DNA from: Deltaproteobacteria bacterium | Lineage (GTDB): Bacteria > Desulfobacterota > Desulfomonilia > UBA1062 | Assembly: GCA_035352355.1 (NCBI GenBank) | Contig: DAOPXM010000019.1 | Coordinates: 537 to 64,536, forward strand | Reading direction: 5' to 3' | Length of the DNA: 64,000 nucleotides | Shown here: piece by piece, positions 14,986-26,628 of the stretch | How positions within the stretch are numbered: the stretch's first letter is position 1 | How the letters are laid out: every line of letters begins with the position of its first letter | Translations under genes and position numbers: made by a program | The notes under the pieces: generated by a model | Database searches by the model: none | What the model was told of the DNA's origin: nothing | Seen by the model: the letters and a program-made list of their open reading frames with translations, nothing else

Positions 14986-17418
14986 TTACGGTCTCAAACC
15001 GGGCTTGAGGGGGGCCTTCTCGCAGACGTCGAAGTAGTGGACGTAGGGCTCGATCTCTTCGCCCGCCTCGGGGAAGGCAAGCCCGATGACCTCGCCTATG
15101 TTCTCCACGTAGTGGATGGTCAGGTCCCTGATGACCTCGGGCTCGATGTCCCTGAGGTCCTTCTCGTTCATCTTCGGCAGGATGATCTCGGTGATGCCCG
15201 CCCGTCTGGCAGCCAGCACCTTCTCCTTGATCCCGCCCACCGGGAGCACCACGCCCCGCAGGGTGATCTCGCCCGTCATGGCCAGGTCTTCACGCACCGC
15301 CTTGCCCGTGATGAGCGAGAGCATGGAAGTGACGATGGTGACGCCCGCCGAGGGCCCGTCCTTGGGGATGGCACCTGCGGGGATGTGGATGTGGATCCCC
15401 TTGTTGTCATCCTGGTAGCCTGTCATGCCCTTGACGATGGAGAGCGCGATCCTGGCGGACTCTTTCATGACGTCGCCCATCTGCCCGGTGAGGATCATCT
15501 CGTCCTTGCCGTCCACGACCGCCGACTCGATGAAGAGGATCTCCCCGCCGTAGGGGGTCCAGGCCAGCCCGGTGGCGATGCCCGGTATCCTGCCGCGCCC
15601 CTTGACCTCGGGGATGAAGCGAACCGGCCCGAGGACCTCCTCCACGAAGGTCTCGTCCACCACGAAGTGTTCTCCCCCGTCCTTCGCCACCCTCGAGGCG
15701 ATGGTCCTGAGGTTCGAGGCGATCTCGCGCTTGAGGTTCCTGACCCCGGACTCCCGGGTGTAGGACCGGATGATGTGGTCCACCGCCCCTTCGGTGAAGT
15801 CGATGTCGTACTTCGCGAGCCCGTTGGCCTCGATCTCCTGGGGGATGAGGAAGTGCTCCGCGATCTGGACCTTGTCCTCGTGGGTGTAGCCTTCGATCTC
15901 CACGACCTCCATCCGGTCCCTCAAGGCGGGCGGGATGGTGTCCATGACGTTCGCCGTGGTGATGAAGAAGACCTGGGACAGGTCGAAGGGCACGTTCAGG
16001 TAGTGGTCCACGAAGTGGGTGTTCTGCTCCGGATCGAGCGCCTCCAGCAGGGCGGACGCCGGGTCACCGTGGATGTCGTTGGCGAGCTTGTCGATCTCGT
16101 CGAGCATGAAGACCGGGTTCAAGGACTGGGCCAGCTTGATGCCGTTGATGATCCTGCCGGGCATGGCGCCGATGTAGGTGCGCCGGTGGCCGCGGATCTC
16201 AGCCTCGTCACGGACGCCTCCCAGGGAGATGCGGACGAACTTCCTGCCCATGGCCCGGGCGATGGACTTGCCCAGCGAGGTCTTGCCGACCCCCGGGGGC
16301 CCCACGAAGCACAGGATCGGCCCTTTCAGGTCGTCTTTGAGCTTTTTGACCGAGAGGTACTCGAGGATCCTCTTCTTGGGCTTCTTCAGGTTGAAGTGGT
16401 CCTCGTTGAGGATCTTCTCCGCATTCGAGATGTCCAGGTTGTCGTCGGTCCTCTCCTGCCAGGGCAGGTCAATGATCCAGTCGAGGTAGGTCCTGATGGT
16501 GACGTACTCGGACGACCCGGGCTGCATCCGGGCGATGCGCTTGAGGTCCTTGTCCACCTCGCGCCTGACCTCTTCGGGGAGGCCCTTGGCCTCGATCTCC
16601 CTTTTCAGCTGCTCCATCTCGTCCTCGGTTTCGCCCTGGGCGTCGCCGAGCTCCTTCCGGATGGCCTTGAGCTGCTGCCTCAGGTAGTACTCCCGCTGGG
16701 CGTTGTTGATCTCGCCCTTGGCCCGCTCGGAGATCTTCAGGGACAGCTCGAGGATCTCCAGCTCGTCGCGCAGGGTATCGTAGAGGATGGAATACTTCTC
16801 GAAGAAGCCGGTCTCCTCGAGGATCTGCTGCTTCTTCTCCACCGGGATGGGGAGGTTCGTGGTGGTGGTGCTCAGGAGGATGGCGGGGTCCTTGAGCTTC
16901 GAGAGGTTCGAGAGCACGGAGTCGAGGTTGTGGTACGAGTGCCGCGCCAGCTGGCTTAAGGTCTCCCTGGTGGAGTGGGCCATGGCGTGGATCTGCTTGT
17001 CCGCCTCGAGGTCCTCGGGCATGTAGGTCACCCTGACCTTGAGGTAGGGTTCTGTGGTGAGCTTCTCATCCAAGGAAGCCTTCATGATCCCCCTGATCAT
17101 GATGGAGAGCTCTCCGTTCTTGGTCTGGGAGATCTTGGTGATCTTGGCCATGCACCCGATGCGGAACAGGTTGTCCCACGTGGCGGGCTCCGAGTCGCCG
17201 GAGGACTTCATGCCCACAGCCACCACGGGCGAGTTCCCCGTATAGAGCTCCTTGACCAGGGCGATGGAGGTCGCGTTGGATACGATGAGGGGCAGCAGCC
17301 CCTCCGGGATGAGCACCGCGTCCTTCAGCGGCAGCACGGGGAGGATGTCCGGGTATTCTTCCTGGATTTCCGGTTTGTATTCCAGTGAGCGGTTGAAAAT
17401 ATTCTTAATCCAATCCAT
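14986..17418 (-). CDS. lon: ATP-dependent Lon protease (LonA)
   Basis: 810 aa. Walker A GPPGVGKTS, protease site PKDGPSAGVT, Lon N-terminal domain. Confidence 0.97.
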   Translation of the reverse strand: MDWIKNIFNRSLEYKPEIQEEYPDILPVLPLKDAVLIPEGLLPLIVSNATSIALVKELYTGNSPVVAVGMKSSGDSEPATWDNLFRIGCMAKITKISQTKNGELSIMIRGIMKASLDEKLTTEPYLKVRVTYMPEDLEADKQIHAMAHSTRETLSQLARHSYHNLDSVLSNLSKLKDPAILLSTTTTNLPIPVEKKQQILEETGFFEKYSILYDTLRDELEILELSLKISERAKGEINNAQREYYLRQQLKAIRKELGDAQGETEDEMEQLKREIEAKGLPEEVRREVDKDLKRIARMQPGSSEYVTIRTYLDWIIDLPWQERTDDNLDISNAEKILNEDHFNLKKPKKRILEYLSVKKLKDDLKGPILCFVGPPGVGKTSLGKSIARAMGRKFVRISLGGVRDEAEIRGHRRTYIGAMPGRIINGIKLAQSLNPVFMLDEIDKLANDIHGDPASALLEALDPEQNTHFVDHYLNVPFDLSQVFFITTANVMDTIPPALRDRMEVVEIEGYTHEDKVQIAEHFLIPQEIEANGLAKYDIDFTEGAVDHIIRSYTRESGVRNLKREIASNLRTIASRVAKDGGEHFVVDETFVEEVLGPVRFIPEVKGRGRIPGIATGLAWTPYGGEILFIESAVVDGKDEMILTGQMGDVMKESARIALSIVKGMTGYQDDNKGIHIHIPAGAIPKDGPSAGVTIVTSMLSLITGKAVREDLAMTGEITLRGVVLPVGGIKEKVLAARRAGITEIILPKMNEKDLRDIEPEVIRDLTIHYVENIGEVIGLAFPEAGEEIEPYVHYFDVCEKAPLKPGLRP

Positions 17419-17449
17419 AACGTATAAGTAGGTTTCAGGGCTGTCTAAG

Positions 17450-18472
17450 TCAATCAGCCTGGCGTTTTTCCTGGATACGGGAATAGGCCGGGATGTCGGA
17501 ATCCATGTCGATCGACGTATTCTCGAGCAGGCAGCTGTTTCCCACGGTACACCTGGTTCCGATGTGCGAGTTGTTTATCCAGGTATTAGGCATGATTTTC
17601 ACCCCCGAGTCAATGGTGGTTTTCCCGAGGATGCAGACGCCCGGCCAGATCTCCACGTCGTTCCCGATCGTTGCCAGGGGGCTTATCCACACGGTGTCCG
17701 GGTCGATGAGGGTGACGCCCTCGTCCATGTGGGACATGTTGATGCGCCTCTGCATGAGAGACGCCGCGTGGGCGAGCTGGGAGCGGGAATTGATACCGTG
17801 GGCCTCGTTGAAATCCGGCACCGTGAACGAAACGGCCGAAGGGGCCATCTTCACGATGTCCGTGATGTAGTACTCGCCCTTGGCGTTGTCCGGGGTGAGC
17901 CCGTCCAGGGCTGCCAGGAGGAACTTCTTGTCCACGGCGAACACGCCGGTGTTGATCTCGCGGATTTCCCTCTGCTCCTCCGTGGCGTCGTTGTGCTCCA
18001 CGATGGCGCTCACACTGCCGTCTGCTTTGCGGATGATCCTGCCGTACCCGAAGGCGTCGGGCAGGACCGCGGTGAGGATGCCGATGGGCGCCCGGGACGA
18101 GCGGAAGATGTCCAGGAGAGAAGCCAGCGACGAATACTGTATGAGGGGCATGTCGCCCGGGAGGATGACCACCTCGGTGGCGGGCGACTCCTTGAGCGCA
18201 TCCCGCGCCACCATGACCGCGTGGCCCGTGCCCAGGGGCGGGTCCTGCACCACCTGCGTGATGGAGAAGCGTTCGAGGTAGGGCCCCACCACCTCCCTGC
18301 CGTGACCCACCACGGCTATGACGCTCGAATCGAGCCTGCGGGCTATGTCGATGGGGTAGAAGATGAGGGGCAGGCCGAGAATCTCATGCATGACCTTGGG
18401 CCTTGCCGATTTCAATCTGGTTCCTTTTCCTGCGGCCAGGATTATGGTACAAATTGATTGCATGGTACCCAT
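17450..18472 (-). CDS. GlmU-like sugar-1-phosphate nucleotidyltransferase with a short left-handed beta-helix tail
   Basis: ILAAGKGTRLKS signature, GlmU-like core (QDPPLGTGHAV), C-terminal hexapeptide repeats. Only 340 aa, against roughly 450 for bifunctional GlmU. Confidence 0.75.
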   Translation of the reverse strand: MGTMQSICTIILAAGKGTRLKSARPKVMHEILGLPLIFYPIDIARRLDSSVIAVVGHGREVVGPYLERFSITQVVQDPPLGTGHAVMVARDALKESPATEVVILPGDMPLIQYSSLASLLDIFRSSRAPIGILTAVLPDAFGYGRIIRKADGSVSAIVEHNDATEEQREIREINTGVFAVDKKFLLAALDGLTPDNAKGEYYITDIVKMAPSAVSFTVPDFNEAHGINSRSQLAHAASLMQRRINMSHMDEGVTLIDPDTVWISPLATIGNDVEIWPGVCILGKTTIDSGVKIMPNTWINNSHIGTRCTVGNSCLLENTSIDMDSDIPAYSRIQEKRQAD

Positions 18473-18590
18473 TTGCTATCACACCCCGGGGCAGTTAAGC
18501 AAGAGAGGATAGGCGCCATTCCTCTTGTCAAAGGGGAGTGTATTTGTTAAGACGGCTAGACAATCAGTGCCGCGTGAAGGAAAGGAGTAG

Positions 18591-20423
<1,833 letters not shown>

Positions 20424-20452
<29 letters not shown>

Positions 20453-20915
20453 CCTGCTCGGGATATTCTGCGCGGCGATCCTGGTGGAGATATCCATCAT
20501 CCCTTCCCTGTGGGCGCCCCTGCGGGTGGATTTTCTCATCGGGCTGATCATCGGGCAGGTCATCTTCATCCCGTTCTACCAGGGATTCTCCTTCGTGGTC
20601 CTCGCCTCCCTCATGATGGAGGCCTTCTCGGGGGCGAGGATAGGGCTCATCCCTCTGCTCTACGTCGCCCTGTACCTGGCCACCGACCTGCTCAAGGAGG
20701 TGATCTACCTCGAGAACGTGTATGTGCAGGCAGTCTTGGGAGTCCTCTTTTACTTCGTCCTGGCCGGGTCAACGGCCATGATCACGGGCACCAGCTTCCT
20801 GGGCGATATGATCGTTCCGCTTGTCGCCGGCATGGTGCTCACCGGTCTCGTGTCCCCGTTCATGGCCCGCCTCGTCGGCCGCCTGCAGACCTCCTATGGA
20901 TTACGTGAACTCTAA
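20424..20915 (+). CDS. mreD: Rod-shape-determining protein MreD
   Basis: 163 aa polytopic membrane protein between mreC and mrdA. TTG start inferred from the track. Confidence 0.7.
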
Positions 20916-22731
20916 CATCGCAGGCCAGCAGGTCGAAGAGGAGATCAAGGGCAGGGGGAAGTACCTCACCGTCTTCGTCTGCGTGCTCTTCGGCATCCTG
21001 GTGCTGAGGCTCCTGAACATGCAGATCTTCAAGGGGAGCTTCTATGAAGAGCAGGCCCGCAACAACAGGCTGAGGATCATCAGCACCCCGGCGCAGCGGG
21101 GCAAGATCCTGGACCGGAACATGGAGGTCCTTGCGGACAGCAGGCCTGCATACAACGTGATGGTGATCCCCGAGGACATCAGGAACGTCAAGGACATCGC
21201 CCGGAAGCTTGCCCTGATCCTGAACAGCGACCCCCGGGAGATCATGGACAAGATCAAGCAGGCGAAGCAGAGACCCTTCAGCCCCATGTACATCGCCCGG
21301 GACATCTCGTTTACCCAGATGGCGAGCATCGAAAGCCAGCTCTACACCATGCCGGGCATATCCATCGACATCACCAACGAGCGGGATTACCTCACCCGGG
21401 GGCTGGCAACGCACGTGCTGGGCTTCCTCGGAGAGATCTCCCGGAAGGAGCTGGACAAGGCGGGCGAGGAGAGCGACTACTCCCCCGGCGACCTCATCGG
21501 CAAGTCCGGGGTGGAGCTCATCTGTGAGGGTGAGCTGCGCGGGCTGAAGGGGAGGAGGGCCTACGAGGTGGATGCCCTCGGGCGGAAGGTGAGGGTCGTG
21601 GAGGAGACGGCCCCGGTCTCGGGCAGGGACGTCAGGCTCACCATCGACAAGAGCCTGGAGCTCATCGCCAAGCAGGCCCTGGGCGACAGGCCGGGTGCGG
21701 TGGTGGCCATGGTCCCTGCCACCGGGGAGATCCTGGCCATGGCGTCGTCCCCGGTCTACGACCCCACGGTGTTTCTGAGCCCCATGTCCCCGGAGTCGTG
21801 GAGGTCCATCATCGGCGACCCCATGCACCCCCTGGAGAACCGGGCCATCCGGGGCCTGTATGCCCCGGGGTCCACCTTCAAGGTCCTCATCGCCTCCCTG
21901 GCGCTCCGGGAGAAGTTCATCGACACGAAGACCCGGGTCTTCTGCCCCGGCAAGTACGAGCTCGGGAACACGGAGTTCAGGTGCTGGCGCAGGGAGGGCC
22001 ACGGGAGCGTGGACCTCATCACCGCCATGGCCGTGTCCTGCGACGTGTACTTCTACAGCCTGGGCGAGCGGCTCGGCATCGATCGCATGTCCACCTTTGC
22101 CAAGGAGGTGGGCCTGGGGAGGCACACCGGCATCGAGCTCAAGGACGAGTCCACGGGCCTCGTCCCTTCCGTCGAGTGGAAGCGCAAGCGCTTCAAGCAG
22201 CCCTGGCACCGGGGGGAGAGCGTCATCACCGCCACCGGCCAGGGCTTCACCCTGGTGACCCCCCTTCAGCTGGCAAAGGTCATGTCCGGCATCGTGAACG
22301 GGGGCAGGGTCATGACCCCGAGGATCCTCGCCTCGACGCCTGAGCGCCTCGAGATGAACCTGAACTTGAGCAAGGAGGAGCTGGACACCATCAAACAGGG
22401 CTTGAGGGCCGTCGTGGACAGTGATTTCGGGACGGCCCGGGGCATCAAGGACCGGATGTTTTCCATCGGGGGAAAGACGGGCACCGCGGAGGTGGCCAGG
22501 GGCTATATCTCCAAGCTCCCGGACTCGTCGGACATCCCGTTCAAATTCAGGGACCACGCCTGGTTCTTCGGGTTCTCCCCCGTGGAGAACCCCGAGATCC
22601 TGGTGGTGGCCGTCCTCGAGCACGGCGGGCACGGCGCCTCCATCGCTGCACCCATCGTCAGGGACGTGATCAGAGGATACTACTACTCGAAGGGGCTCTC
22701 ATATGAGCAGGTACGACAAGATAACCAATAA
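20896..22731 (+). CDS. mrdA: Penicillin-binding protein 2 (elongasome transpeptidase)
   Basis: SxxK (APGSTFKV) and KTGTA motifs; N-terminal TM. ATG 20896 chosen over the track's TTG 20821. Confidence 0.9.
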   Translation: MDYVNSNIAGQQVEEEIKGRGKYLTVFVCVLFGILVLRLLNMQIFKGSFYEEQARNNRLRIISTPAQRGKILDRNMEVLADSRPAYNVMVIPEDIRNVKDIARKLALILNSDPREIMDKIKQAKQRPFSPMYIARDISFTQMASIESQLYTMPGISIDITNERDYLTRGLATHVLGFLGEISRKELDKAGEESDYSPGDLIGKSGVELICEGELRGLKGRRAYEVDALGRKVRVVEETAPVSGRDVRLTIDKSLELIAKQALGDRPGAVVAMVPATGEILAMASSPVYDPTVFLSPMSPESWRSIIGDPMHPLENRAIRGLYAPGSTFKVLIASLALREKFIDTKTRVFCPGKYELGNTEFRCWRREGHGSVDLITAMAVSCDVYFYSLGERLGIDRMSTFAKEVGLGRHTGIELKDESTGLVPSVEWKRKRFKQPWHRGESVITATGQGFTLVTPLQLAKVMSGIVNGGRVMTPRILASTPERLEMNLNLSKEELDTIKQGLRAVVDSDFGTARGIKDRMFSIGGKTGTAEVARGYISKLPDSSDIPFKFRDHAWFFGFSPVENPEILVVAVLEHGGHGASIAAPIVRDVIRGYYYSKGLSYEQVRQDNQ

Positions 22732-23794
22732 CCTCGACTGGGGCCTGCTCGCCATCGTGGCCGCGCTCATCGCCGTAGGCCTGCTCTGCATATACAGCGC
22801 GGTGAGGCTCACCGCCATCAACATCTTCTTCAAGCAGCTCACGTGGATACTCGTGGCCTCCATCGTGATGATTACCGCCTTCCTCGTGGACTACCGGACC
22901 CACATGCGGCTAGCCTGGCCTATGTACGTCTGCATGGTCCTGCTCCTTGCCGCCGTGCTCGTGGTCGGCAGGGAGATCTCCGGCGCTAGGAGGTGGATAT
23001 CCCTGGGATTCATGAGCATCCAGCCCTCCGAGTTCGCCAAGATCATCATGATCATCTGGATGGCCTACTGGAGCGAAAAGAAGATACAGATCGAGAGCTA
23101 CGGGATGAAGGACCTGGTTGTCCCGGCGCTCTTCATCTGCCTGCCCGTGGGCCTCATCCTCCTGGAGCCCGACCTCGGGACAGCGGGGATCGTGGGCATG
23201 ATCGCCACGATCATGATCCTGCTCATCGGCGTCAAGCGGTCCACGGTCATCACCCTGGGCTCGCTCTTCGTCTCGGCCCTGCCCTTCATCTGGTTCACCC
23301 TCAGGGAATATCAGCGCAACAGGATACTGACCTTCCTCGATCCCAGCAGGGATCCCCTGGGCACCGGGTACCACGCTATGCAGTCGAAGATCGCCGTGGG
23401 GTCGGGGGGCCTGTGGGGCAAGGGCTATCTCCAGGGGAGCCAGACCCAGCTCTCCTTCCTGCCCGAGCACCACACTGACTTCATCTTTTCCGTGGTGGCC
23501 GAGGAATGGGGATTCGCAGGCACCACCTTCCTCCTCCTGCTCTACATCATCCTCATCACCAAGATCATCCAGGTGGGCAGCCGGGCAAAGGACCGGTTCG
23601 GCTCCATGATCTGCTACGGGATCGCGGGCTACTTTTCCCTGCACATCTTCATCAACATCTCCATGACCATGGGCATCTTCCCGGTGGTGGGCGTGCCGCT
23701 GCCCTTCATCTCCTACGGCGGCTCGTTCATGTTCATGAACCTCCTGTGCATAGGGCTGGTGCTGAACGTCGCGTGGAGGAGGTTCATGTTCTGA
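22703..23794 (+). CDS. rodA: SEDS peptidoglycan polymerase RodA
   Basis: 363 aa, about 10 TM. LPEHHTDFIFSVVAEEWGF, PFISYGGS. Confidence 0.9.
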   Translation: MSRYDKITNNLDWGLLAIVAALIAVGLLCIYSAVRLTAINIFFKQLTWILVASIVMITAFLVDYRTHMRLAWPMYVCMVLLLAAVLVVGREISGARRWISLGFMSIQPSEFAKIIMIIWMAYWSEKKIQIESYGMKDLVVPALFICLPVGLILLEPDLGTAGIVGMIATIMILLIGVKRSTVITLGSLFVSALPFIWFTLREYQRNRILTFLDPSRDPLGTGYHAMQSKIAVGSGGLWGKGYLQGSQTQLSFLPEHHTDFIFSVVAEEWGFAGTTFLLLLYIILITKIIQVGSRAKDRFGSMICYGIAGYFSLHIFINISMTMGIFPVVGVPLPFISYGGSFMFMNLLCIGLVLNVAWRRFMF

Positions 23795-23806
23795 CGTAAA
23801 TGCCCG

Positions 23807-25306
23807 TCAGATGAGCTTCATGGTCCCGGTCACCTTCAGCATCCTGGCCACGTCGCCGTGAGCCCCGGAGGAAGAGCATTCCCTGCCAAGGGATTCGAGC
23901 GCCTTCCTGAGCTTGAGGAGGAGGATGATCCCCGGGGTGCTGATGGCGGAGAGCCCCGAGAGGTCCAGGGTGCACCGGGCCCCTCCTGCCCGGGAAGCGA
24001 TCGCCCTGATCTCGGCGTCGGACACCCCCTGGGGCGTCAGGCGCCCGGAAAAGGCAAGGCGGGTCGAAGGTCCGTCCTCGTGCGCCTCAACTGACCATTC
24101 GTCCTTTCCGGCACGCGCGTCGAGGCGGTCAAGCGCGTCGTCGAGGGTGTCGTGAAGCCTGCCGGCAAAGAGATCGGAGAGCCGGTTGCGGGTGATGACC
24201 TTCCGGGCGTATGGCGTGACGCCGATGACGAGGACCTCGTGCCTGCTCCTTCCCCAGAGATTGAGCACGTTCAGAAAGAGGCCGAGGCCGGCCGAGTCGA
24301 TGAAGCCCACGTCGCTCACGTCCAGGACGAGGTGGGCGCTGGGGCGCTTAGGTATGAGCGATGCCAGGCGGGGCACCGCCCCGGCATCGACGATCCCGGG
24401 CAGGGTCATGAGCAGGACCTGCTCCCTGCCCCTGGCCATGTACTTGTAGGTGACCTTGTTCCTGCACCTCTTGAGGTAGTCGTGGGGGGCCACCTTCCTG
24501 GCGTACTGGTACAGGGCGACCGAGGGCCACGCCTGGGAGCCGAGCTTGACCAGGTCGAGGGGGGAGCGCTTCCACAGCCGCCTAGGGCCCTGGGCCAGAT
24601 GGAGCAGCCGCTCGAGCCCGCTCGAGCGCGTCCACCCCGGGGCGCGCGTCATGCCGCCGGTCACGGAGTCGAAGGTGTTGCCGATGCCGATGGTGACGGG
24701 GACCTTCAGCCGGTGCCTGTTGCGCTCGAAGAAGAGCTCCTGCTTGGGGCTGCCGAACGCGACGAGGAGCACGTCGGGCGAAGAGGCGTTGACCGCTTCG
24801 ACCGCTTCTCCGTCGCGCTTGAGCGCGTCCACCAGGTTCGGGCCTTCCACGTGGACCATGGGCGAGCCGAAACCCGCTATCCTCAGGCCCAGGCATTCCT
24901 TCCGCAGCACGGCCGCAGCCCGCTCAGCTCCGTCCCGAGCCCCTCCCAGAAGATACAGGGATTTCCCCCTGAGCGCAGCCTCGCGGGCGAGCCCGGGCAC
25001 GAGGTCGGCAGCGGCCACCCGCTCCTTGAGGGCCGGGCCGAGGTGTCTGCTCAGCCACACAACGGGCATGTCGCCCGCCGTCACCAGGTCGGCGCCCCTC
25101 AGCACCTGAAGGAGCTCGGGGTGGCGGGGCTCGGTGAGCCTGAAACTCATGGTGCCGGCTATGGAGTCCGTGTTGACCGTGGCCACGAGCTTCGGCCGGT
25201 GGTCGGAGGCATAGGTGTCCACGAGGTGGAAGATGTACTGGAGGGTCTCTTCCATGGTGAAGGAATCGACCGGTACGCCCAGGATCAGGTTGGTGCTCCT
25301 TTTCAT
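23807..25306 (-). CDS. WecG/TagA/CpsF-family glycosyltransferase fused to two C-terminal STAS domains
   Basis: N-terminal ~265 aa: LILGVPVD..., VAFGSPKQELF, IGIGNTFD. STAS-1: HLVLDVSDVGFIDSAGLGLF. STAS-2: CTLDLSGLSAISTPGIILLLKLRKAL. Confidence 0.8.
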   Translation of the reverse strand: MKRSTNLILGVPVDSFTMEETLQYIFHLVDTYASDHRPKLVATVNTDSIAGTMSFRLTEPRHPELLQVLRGADLVTAGDMPVVWLSRHLGPALKERVAAADLVPGLAREAALRGKSLYLLGGARDGAERAAAVLRKECLGLRIAGFGSPMVHVEGPNLVDALKRDGEAVEAVNASSPDVLLVAFGSPKQELFFERNRHRLKVPVTIGIGNTFDSVTGGMTRAPGWTRSSGLERLLHLAQGPRRLWKRSPLDLVKLGSQAWPSVALYQYARKVAPHDYLKRCRNKVTYKYMARGREQVLLMTLPGIVDAGAVPRLASLIPKRPSAHLVLDVSDVGFIDSAGLGLFLNVLNLWGRSRHEVLVIGVTPYARKVITRNRLSDLFAGRLHDTLDDALDRLDARAGKDEWSVEAHEDGPSTRLAFSGRLTPQGVSDAEIRAIASRAGGARCTLDLSGLSAISTPGIILLLKLRKALESLGRECSSSGAHGDVARMLKVTGTMKLI

Positions 25307-25560
25307 CGATGCAGCCCCTTGCCTTTCTCAGCTTTCGGTCCGTGGATGCCGGAGCGTGCCGTCATCCCTCCCGGGGTTCCTGCCATACTTCGAACAGCGC
25401 CCCAAATTGACTGGTAATCTCTACTAGATTTATCGGATGGCCGTCAATGGACTGGAGCATGACCAGTTTGTGTTCCCTGTCCGGGGACAGGGTTCCTTGA
25501 AACCTGTTCAGTCAGGCCGGGAAAGCGTCTGAGGGGTCGGAGGCCGTAGTGACCGGGCTG

Positions 25561-26523
25561 TCAGCTTCGGGAGGGTTTCCGGAACCTCCCCTGAGCGTCG
25601 ATCTCGACGAAGCCCGTCTCCGCCAGGCCGAGGAGGTGCTTCTCCACCATCCTGGTCTCCCCGAACCTGAGCATCTTGTCGGGGTGGAGGGTGTAGTCGA
25701 CCTGGTAGATGGGGGACCTGTTGACGATCCCGTCCAAGCTCATGGGAACGCCTTCCGGCAGGGTGTCGAGAACGGTTCTGTCCCGCTGCCCGAAGGTGGC
25801 CTCATATGCAGCGAGACGCTTCACGAAGTGGGGGCCCTTCATGGGGCGCGCGTGGGAGGAGATGTAGGTCTCCACCGGGAGCGCACTGATCATCCGGATG
25901 GACTCCTTGAAGAGGGGGATGTCCGACTCGGGGTTCCCGTACCAGGGCCCGAAGGGGCTCATGTCCATATCGAAGCCGATGAGGATCTTCCGGTCCGGCT
26001 CCCACATGCAGTAGTGGTCCTTGAGGTGGCCGGGGGTGTGCAGGGCGATGAACCGGTTCTCTCCCAGGGAAAACTCGAAGCGGTCCCCGAACTGGGACGA
26101 AAAGGTGAAGTCGCGGTAGCCCGTCACCGGCAGGTAGGTATCCTTCCACAGCTGCGCGAGCTCGCGGCCGACGAACCTCAGAGCGAGCCGGTCAGCCGAA
26201 GAGATGCTTTCCGCCCCTTCCCCGGGCACCGAGACCTCGGTGCTGCCGTCGAAGAGCCAGGTCCCCGCGGTGTGATCGGGGTGGGAGTGGGAGAGGAAGA
26301 CGAGGTCGATGGAGACCTCGTCTCTCAGCGTGGCCACGATGTCGTGGCCGCACCCCGTGTCCATGAGCATGCGGGTCCTGTCGAGCACGCACACGGCGTT
26401 CGAGAAGGGGGACCGTCCGCGGTTGCTGCCCTGGACCACCCATATCGTATCGGTGATGGCGGTCGCCTTGAGCCCCAGGGGGGGAAGGATGTCGTTACCC
26501 ATGTAGCCGGTGACTATACGCAA
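25561..26523 (-). CDS. MBL-fold metallo-hydrolase
   Basis: 320 aa. HSHPDHTAG (HxHxDH) motif and a downstream HTPGH. Confidence 0.85.
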   Translation of the reverse strand: MRIVTGYMGNDILPPLGLKATAITDTIWVVQGSNRGRSPFSNAVCVLDRTRMLMDTGCGHDIVATLRDEVSIDLVFLSHSHPDHTAGTWLFDGSTEVSVPGEGAESISSADRLALRFVGRELAQLWKDTYLPVTGYRDFTFSSQFGDRFEFSLGENRFIALHTPGHLKDHYCMWEPDRKILIGFDMDMSPFGPWYGNPESDIPLFKESIRMISALPVETYISSHARPMKGPHFVKRLAAYEATFGQRDRTVLDTLPEGVPMSLDGIVNRSPIYQVDYTLHPDKMLRFGETRMVEKHLLGLAETGFVEIDAQGRFRKPSRS

Positions 26524-26628
26524 AGACGGGTGTCCTGGTCAACACCTGCAAGGCCTTTTATCACGGAGCTGTTTCCTGCAGACGGGAAGGGTCTACCCTT
26601 CACGCGGAGAACAGGATATAAGCATGGC

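Noticed and set aside
15037-16959. 640-aa ORF antisense to lon. Similar long shadow ORFs occur at 2962-4254, 7330-8634, 20860-22632, 54676-56538, 59069-60667 and 57778-59088.
   Set aside because: Each is the mirror frame of a gene with strong family motifs. All share the same Asp/Gly/Arg/Pro/His-rich artefact composition. No RBS or start-context support.
25424-25432. CCGATAA (minus strand) sigma28-like -10 upstream of the WecG-STAS gene
   Set aside because: No matching -35 TAAA at the required spacing, so the isolated heptamer is likely chance.
25475-25492. Short hairpin CCCTGTCC-GG-GGACAGGG between the MBL and WecG-STAS genes
   Set aside because: The loop is too small as drawn and there is no U-tract on the transcribed (minus) strand, so the evidence for a terminator is insufficient.
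25549-26628. 5' 360 codons of the 485-aa plus-strand ORF 25549..27006
   Set aside because: Antisense to the MBL hydrolase. Only the last 125 codons (NusG_II protein, from ATG 26629) show a real protein signature.
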